Part shown: positions 61,858 through 64,000 of the stretch, piece after piece
How the letters are laid out: each line of letters starts with the position of its first letter
How positions within the stretch are numbered: position 1 is the stretch's first letter
NCBI RefSeq assembly: GCF_001194135.2
Contig: NC_068991.1
Coordinates: 9,342,775-9,406,774, forward strand
Length of the DNA stretch: 64,000 bases
Direction of reading: 5' to 3'
DNA from: Octopus bimaculoides
Lineage: Eukaryota
The notes under the pieces: generated by a model
What the model saw: the letters and a program-made list of their open reading frames with translations, nothing else
Told to the model about the DNA's origin: nothing
The model's database searches: none
Position numbers and translations under genes: made by a program

Positions 61858-62210
61858 CAGTAATTCTCAATCGGGATCCATACTGGCCCTTTGTGGGTCC
61901 ATAGAAGATTTTGTTGTTAAAATCTATCCGCAATAAATTGGTTATAGTTCTACAGTACACAAAATATATTAGCAATTCTTTTATACAATTCCTAATAATA
62001 TTAGATTATAAAAACGCAGTAAGATTATATATATATATATATGCTTTATTTAAAAGCAGCAGAAATATAACAAAAAACTGTTACTCAGAGTTTCACGTTC
62101 CCGTTCATCGGACAGTTTATATATACATACAGCAAATAGCTACGGAGGCCCAGTAGAGTAAAACAGGAATAAAAGGGATCCATAGGCAAAAAAATGATTG
62201 AGAACTACAG
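61858..62210. mobile_element. hAT/Charlie-like MITE carrying a nested hammerhead-bearing insert (about 62041-62120)
   Basis: TIRs cagtaattctcaatc / gattgagaactacag; same family as 23229-23798; no clean TSD. Confidence 0.7.
62075..62118 (-). ncRNA. Minimal type I hammerhead-ribozyme motif (U4C core variant)
   Basis: AAACUGU-CCGAUGA-ACG(GGAA)CGU-GAAA-C(UCUGA)G-UA/ACAGUUU: perfect 7-bp stem I, 3-bp stem II, short stem III; predicted cleavage between 62082 and 62081. Confidence 0.75.
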
Positions 62211-64000
62211 GTATGCAGTCGGCGTGCAGTGATGTAGCTAGGGCGTGTGCCGCCCACTACAGCCCTTGTGTTTTTCCGCCCCTTCTGCCAGGCCTTCACA
62301 GCCTCTACAGGTTTATACGACAGACCCAAAGTACTGCCCCTGTCCCGCAAAAACGTCGACCGGTGTGTCACTTCACCTGTCATCAGTGTCCCATGATTAG
62401 GTTGTTATTTGGGGATATTATTGTATAAAAAAGAAACAAAACTCCGTTGCTGTGTTGTTCTGGCTAAACTATTTTTCTGTCATAAGCTGAGCCATGCTGC
62501 TTACAATGATATGAAGCGATGATTTATAGGAGGTTGAGGTCATAGGATAGTAAGGACATGCCGTGTGCTTTCGACTGTTCCTCTCACCTACTATTGGATG
62601 GTGCTCTTTTGTGTAAGCAGTGACACGGTCGACTAGAATAGTGATGACGTTGACTGTTATTTATTTTATTGATGGTGAGCTACAAATCTGTAAGGGATGT
62701 GTATTGTTCATTGAATAAGGAAGAACCAAGAAGGCTGCGAAAATATCTTAAGAGAATTACATAAATGGAGATATCAGGGAAATCTCAAGGGTGCTACATA
62801 ATTTATACAAAGGAAATTGATATATAGATAGCAAATTAAAGAGAAACGGGTTCCTTCAGTGATTGAAGTGATCAAAGGAAAGAGAAGCTAACCAAAGCTA
62901 TCAAAATGAAAAATATATTCAAGGCAAACTAACTGTTGAACAGATATGTCTCTTTAATACAGAAATAGATATTTGGAGCTAAGCAAAATGATTCTCGAGA
63001 AGCAGTTTCTCTGCAAGCTTGCGAGATGAAAATATTCTGGTCAGTGACATGAGAAAAGTGTTTCGGTGATATGAGAGAAGTGTTTCTCCTGGAAATGTCT
63101 GCCAGGAGAAAACAACACGTAAAGTGAAGACGCAACGATGTTGTTTTACAAAAATGCGATACAAACGAGGTACTACCGTACGTTATAGTGCACAAGATAT
63201 TGGTTGAACTATTTTACTTACATGCATAAACATTTAGTTACACATCTAAATACGATCAGTTGAGCAGAAGAAAAAAAGCCTTAGTGTTTACACACACATA
63301 CACGCGCAGACACACACACACACTTATACAAACATACATAAATATTTTCTTTATAAAGGTACACTCGAGATTCATTGTCCGTTTATTTCGCATAAACACT
63401 GGTTATAGCCCCATTAATTTTTAATTAGTTGCAGAGCACTTCTGTTGAATAAATGTCTCGGTTAGATTAATGGAAGGTATGCCTTGTGAGGTTCATACGC
63501 ATCTAGTAAGCGCGCGCGTGTGCTTTGGTGTAGATATGTGTCTACATGCGTGTGTGTGTGTGTGTGTGTGTACATATACACAAATACTGACGCAGAAACG
63601 CATGAATACGTGCGTACGTGTCAGGGTGTACAAGAGCGGGAGGGAAAGACAGAGAGAAACAGACGGAAGAGTGAGAAGGGAACAGACATCAAATTAAAAG
63701 AGAGAGATAGAGACAAACAGAGAAAGAGGATTTTTTTCTGAATGAACATTTGAACAACAATAACACTCACCTTCTGATAGAAGCAAAATACCCCTTTTGT
63801 CTTGCAGAGTAGCTCTTATCTTTCTGACAAGAGCCCTGGTCCCGTTCCTTGCCCTAAACCAGTCGACCATTGATCACTCTGAAGTAGATTTTGACTAGGA
63901 GATTCCGTAATTAAATTGACACGGTCTCCTTTTGTTTGATTGCAGCGCCCCTTTCCCGCCAGTCTGTCTCCTGTTTGATGAAGCTGATCAACATTCTTGG

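Noticed and set aside
62233-62260. cagtgatgtagctaggg as a Harbinger/hAT-like terminus
   Set aside because: No matching inverted end or TSD found
63083-63111. 10-bp inverted repeat tttctcctgg/ccaggagaaa as a Helitron hairpin or terminator
   Set aside because: No CTRR end nearby; a single 10-bp stem is expected by chance in 64 kb

Overview
AT-rich, microsatellite-saturated eukaryotic DNA with 15 N-gaps. The SINE and LINE families resemble those of octopus (taxon is inferred, not verified). One host gene is supported: the 3' half of an atypical soluble guanylyl cyclase (Gyc88E/beta3-like) on the + strand. It has 7 exons between 206 and 35931 that splice into one open frame with GT-AG introns, covering the HNOBA end, coiled coil, a complete catalytic domain, and a tail ending in a CaaX box (CSLI). 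The 5' exons lie upstream of the window. The rest is transposon-derived: about 25 Meta-domain-like SINEs, about 11 CORE-like SINEs, Nin/Deu- and V-like SINEs, three R4/Dong-like, one HERO-like and one CR1/L2-like LINE remnants, Tc1/mariner/maT and Tigger pieces, hAT- and MULE-like MITEs, a Helentron-like end and an LTR with a tRNA-Trp primer site. The most unexpected signals are (i) five dispersed minimal type I hammerhead-ribozyme-like motifs of Penelope type, two nearly intact and two unrelated ones carrying CCGA instead of CUGA in the core, (ii) a 30-nt tRNA-Trp 3'-end copy with CCA and a T exactly at position 58, the m1A58 site, and (iii) repeated element-into-element insertion patterns.
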